Assembly: GCA_903836515.1 (NCBI GenBank)
Contig: CAILQW010000040.1
Location: 34,207-98,206 of the forward strand
Source: Candidatus Omnitrophota bacterium
GTDB lineage: Bacteria > Omnitrophota > Gorgyraeia > Zapsychrales > Fredricksoniimonadaceae
Reading direction: 5' to 3'
Length of the DNA: 64,000 bases
Positions 59,284-64,000 of the stretch are shown piece after piece (within the stretch, counting starts at the first letter, position 1; each line of letters starts with the position of its first letter). The notes below the pieces were generated by a model. It worked only from the letters and a program-made list of their open reading frames with translations, did not search any database and was not told the origin of the DNA. Position numbers and translations under genes: made by a program.

Positions 59284-61749
59284 CTATTCCTCCACCACAT
59301 CATCCTCACGGGCCACAACATTGGCGATGGATGCGACTGAATCTCCGACCTCAAGCATCACAAGACGAACGCCCACAGCACTGCGTCCTGTCAGACGCAC
59401 ATCTGCAGGATTGCATCGAATCATCATCCCCTGCTTCGTCATCGTCATCAATTCCCCGTCCTCATGAACGACCAGCACCCCGACCACCTGCCCGTTCTTG
59501 GGGGTACACTTCAAATTGATAATCCCCTTGCCGCCGCGGGACTGTATCCGGTAATCTTCGAACTTCGAACGCTTGGCATACCCCAGCGAGGACACGGTCA
59601 AAAGCGTATTGCCCGTCTTGTCAGCATCCTGATCGAACACGATCAGTCCGACCACCGCATCATGGGGCGACAAATTAATGCCGCGCACCCCCCTGGCCCC
59701 TCGGCCGATCTCGCGCAGCTGTTTTTCCTGGAACCGCAGCGATTTCCCGAGCCGGGTCGCCAACAGGACGTCTTTTTTCCCATCGGCAATCTCAACGCCG
59801 ATAAGGACATCATCTTTGTCCAGAGTGATCCCGATGATCCCGCCCTTGCGCGGATTGCTGAAAGCGGCAAGACTCGTTTTCTTCACAACACCGTGAGCCG
59901 TGGCCATAAGAAGGAAATGATCATCCTTGAACTCTTTGACAGCCACGATCGCGCTAATATATTCATCCGTGGAAAACGACAACAAGTTAACAATAGCCTT
60001 GCCCTTGGACTGACGCGACGCCACCGGAATCTCATAAACCTTGAGCCAGCGGATAACGCCCTTGTTGGAAAAAATCAAGAGGTAATCTTTCGATGAGGCG
60101 ACAAAGAGCCTTTCCACAAAATCTTCTTCCTTCGTCGTCATGCCCGTAACGCCCTTCCCGCCGCGTTTTTGTTTGCGGTATGTTTGGACAGGGATCCGCT
60201 TGACGTAGCCGGTGTTGGAAATCGTGATGGCCATATCTTCCTCGGCGATCAGGTCTTCCATTTCGATCTCTTCAGCCTTTCCTGCTATCTCGGTGCGGCG
60301 CTCATCGGCAAACTTCGCTTTCAGATCCGCTAATTCCTTCTTGATGATCGCATCGACCCGCAGAGGATCGGCCAGGATCGCGCGATAATCATCGATCGAC
60401 TTAAGCAGCTCTTCGTACTCGGCATCGATCTTGTCTCGCTCAAGACCGGTCAATTTCTGCAGCTGCATTTCCAGAATCGCCTGGGCCTGGATCTCCGTAA
60501 AACCAAAGATCTTCATCAAGGAAGCCTTGGCTTCCGGTGTGGAAGCGGCCTTGCGGATAGTCTGAATGATCTCTTCAATATTCTTCAGCGCAATGCGCAA
60601 CCCTTCAAGAATATGCGCGCGGCGCAGGGCTTTATCGAGATCAAACTGTGTGCGCCGACGGATAACAATACGACGGTGCTCGATATAATAGGCCATCAGC
60701 TGCTTAAGATTCAACACGCGCGGACTATTATTGACAAGCGCGAGGTTGATGATCCCGAAGGTGGTCTCAAGCTGTGTGTGCTTGAACAAATAATTGAGGA
60801 CAATCTGCGCCTCAACGTCGCGCCGGAGTTCAATCACAATGCGAACGCCGTCCTTATCCGACTCATCGCGCAAGTCCGTGATGCCGTCCACGCTCTTATT
60901 CTGCACAAGCGAGGCAATGCTTGAAACCAGATTCGACTTATTGACTTGATACGGAATCTCCGTGATAATGATAAAATCTTTGCCGTTCTTCTGCTGCTCA
61001 ATGGCCGCCTTGGCCCTGAGGTTGATCTTGCCGCGGCCTGTCATATACGCATCCTTGATGCCCTCACGTCCGCAGATAATGCCTGCGGTCGGAAAATCAG
61101 GCCCCTTGACAAACCGCATCAAATCTTTGATCTCTGCTTCGGGATGATCGATCAGATGCACAATACCGTCAACAACTTCGGTCAGGTTGTGCGGCGGCAT
61201 ATTTGTGGCCATACCCACCGCGATGCCGCTGGAACCGTTCACCAGCAGATTGGGGACGCCGGAAGGAAGGATCGTCGGCTCTTCAAGTGTCGCGTCAAAA
61301 TTCGGCGCAAAATTTACCGTTTCCTTATCGATGTCTGAAAGCATGCTCTCGGCAATAGCCGCCATGCGGGCCTCGGTGTAGCGCATCGCGGCGGCGGCGT
61401 CACCGTCAATGGATCCGAAGTTTCCCTGGCCGTCGATCAATGGATAACGCAAGGAAAACTCCTGCACCATGCGAACCATGGTGTCATACACCGCAGAATC
61501 GCCGTGCGGATGGTATTTACCCAGCACTTCACCGACGATACGTGCGCTTTTCTTGTACGACTTATTGTGCTCCAGATGAAGCTCTTTCATCGCATACAAG
61601 ATCCTGCGATGTACCGGCTTGAGACCGTCACGGACATCCGGCAGGGCGCGCCCCACGATGACGCTCATGGAATACGCAAGATAAGAGGTCTTCATTTCCT
61701 CTTCGATAGGAACCGGGACAATCTTTTCTTTTTTAGTAAAATCTTTCAT
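59284..61749 (-). CDS. gyrA: DNA gyrase subunit A.
   Basis: 821 aa. The N-terminus [40 protein letters not shown] and [20 protein letters not shown] are hallmark GyrA blocks (active-site Tyr region). Confidence 0.95.
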   Translation of the reverse strand: MKDFTKKEKIVPVPIEEEMKTSYLAYSMSVIVGRALPDVRDGLKPVHRRILYAMKELHLEHNKSYKKSARIVGEVLGKYHPHGDSAVYDTMVRMVQEFSLRYPLIDGQGNFGSIDGDAAAAMRYTEARMAAIAESMLSDIDKETVNFAPNFDATLEEPTILPSGVPNLLVNGSSGIAVGMATNMPPHNLTEVVDGIVHLIDHPEAEIKDLMRFVKGPDFPTAGIICGREGIKDAYMTGRGKINLRAKAAIEQQKNGKDFIIITEIPYQVNKSNLVSSIASLVQNKSVDGITDLRDESDKDGVRIVIELRRDVEAQIVLNYLFKHTQLETTFGIINLALVNNSPRVLNLKQLMAYYIEHRRIVIRRRTQFDLDKALRRAHILEGLRIALKNIEEIIQTIRKAASTPEAKASLMKIFGFTEIQAQAILEMQLQKLTGLERDKIDAEYEELLKSIDDYRAILADPLRVDAIIKKELADLKAKFADERRTEIAGKAEEIEMEDLIAEEDMAITISNTGYVKRIPVQTYRKQKRGGKGVTGMTTKEEDFVERLFVASSKDYLLIFSNKGVIRWLKVYEIPVASRQSKGKAIVNLLSFSTDEYISAIVAVKEFKDDHFLLMATAHGVVKKTSLAAFSNPRKGGIIGITLDKDDVLIGVEIADGKKDVLLATRLGKSLRFQEKQLREIGRGARGVRGINLSPHDAVVGLIVFDQDADKTGNTLLTVSSLGYAKRSKFEDYRIQSRGGKGIINLKCTPKNGQVVGVLVVHEDGELMTMTKQGMMIRCNPADVRLTGRSAVGVRLVMLEVGDSVASIANVVAREDDVVEE

Positions 61750-61803
61750 GTCTGTTTGCCTTTTTAAACCATGCGGAAGGGCTTAACGCCCACCCCTGCA
61801 CTT

Positions 61804-64000
<2,197 letters not shown>

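Overview
High-GC bacterial chromosomal window. Almost every gene is on the minus strand; the only plus-strand unit is a small-ORF/CvpA pair at 14.2-15.1 kb.

At low coordinates there is a partial mnmG, a LacI-family regulator, and a carbohydrate-utilisation cluster: lipoprotein, secreted TPR-like repeat protein, clan GH-A glycoside hydrolase, a three-component sugar ABC importer and a ~900-aa GH94-like phosphorylase. Two adjacent PilZ-domain (c-di-GMP receptor) genes follow.

The dominant feature is a single uninterrupted 21.8-kb ORF (15182..36994, minus) encoding a 7270-aa protein. Read N to C it has:
- an N-terminal TM anchor and a C39-like cysteine-peptidase domain;
- Gly/Ala-rich glycine-zipper-like segments and a large beta-rich region of unknown fold;
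- about 1200 aa of charged helical/coiled-coil sequence;
- an SF2-helicase/SecA-like P-loop ATPase core (Walker A AMAGGKTKM, Walker B VVDEIHQ);
- an isolated HEXXH motif and a long C-terminal extension.

Directly upstream on the same strand lies an unusually elaborate Tad (Flp/tight-adherence) pilus locus:
- cpaB;
- a cpaC secretin carrying a C-terminal TonB_C-like domain;
- a fused TadZ(CpaE)-TadA(CpaF) ATPase;
- a DUF192 gene;
- a low-GC inserted gene with an N-terminal HTH;
- at least nine Flp-type pilin paralogs, one with a Cys-rich tail;
- two TadE-like pseudopilins, one of 596 aa;
- a 1020-aa Cys-rich TadG-like protein;
- tadB and tadC;
- a 748-aa secreted protein with an in-gene tandem duplication.

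The window ends with a PpiC-type PPIase lipoprotein, mdh, tRNA-Glu(UUC), gyrA and a partial gyrB.

Published descriptions of candidate phylum Omnitrophota report giant genes and tad pili as characteristic; the giant-gene-plus-Tad arrangement here is reminiscent of that, but taxonomy cannot be verified from this window. All calls rest on reading the translations; no database searches were run.
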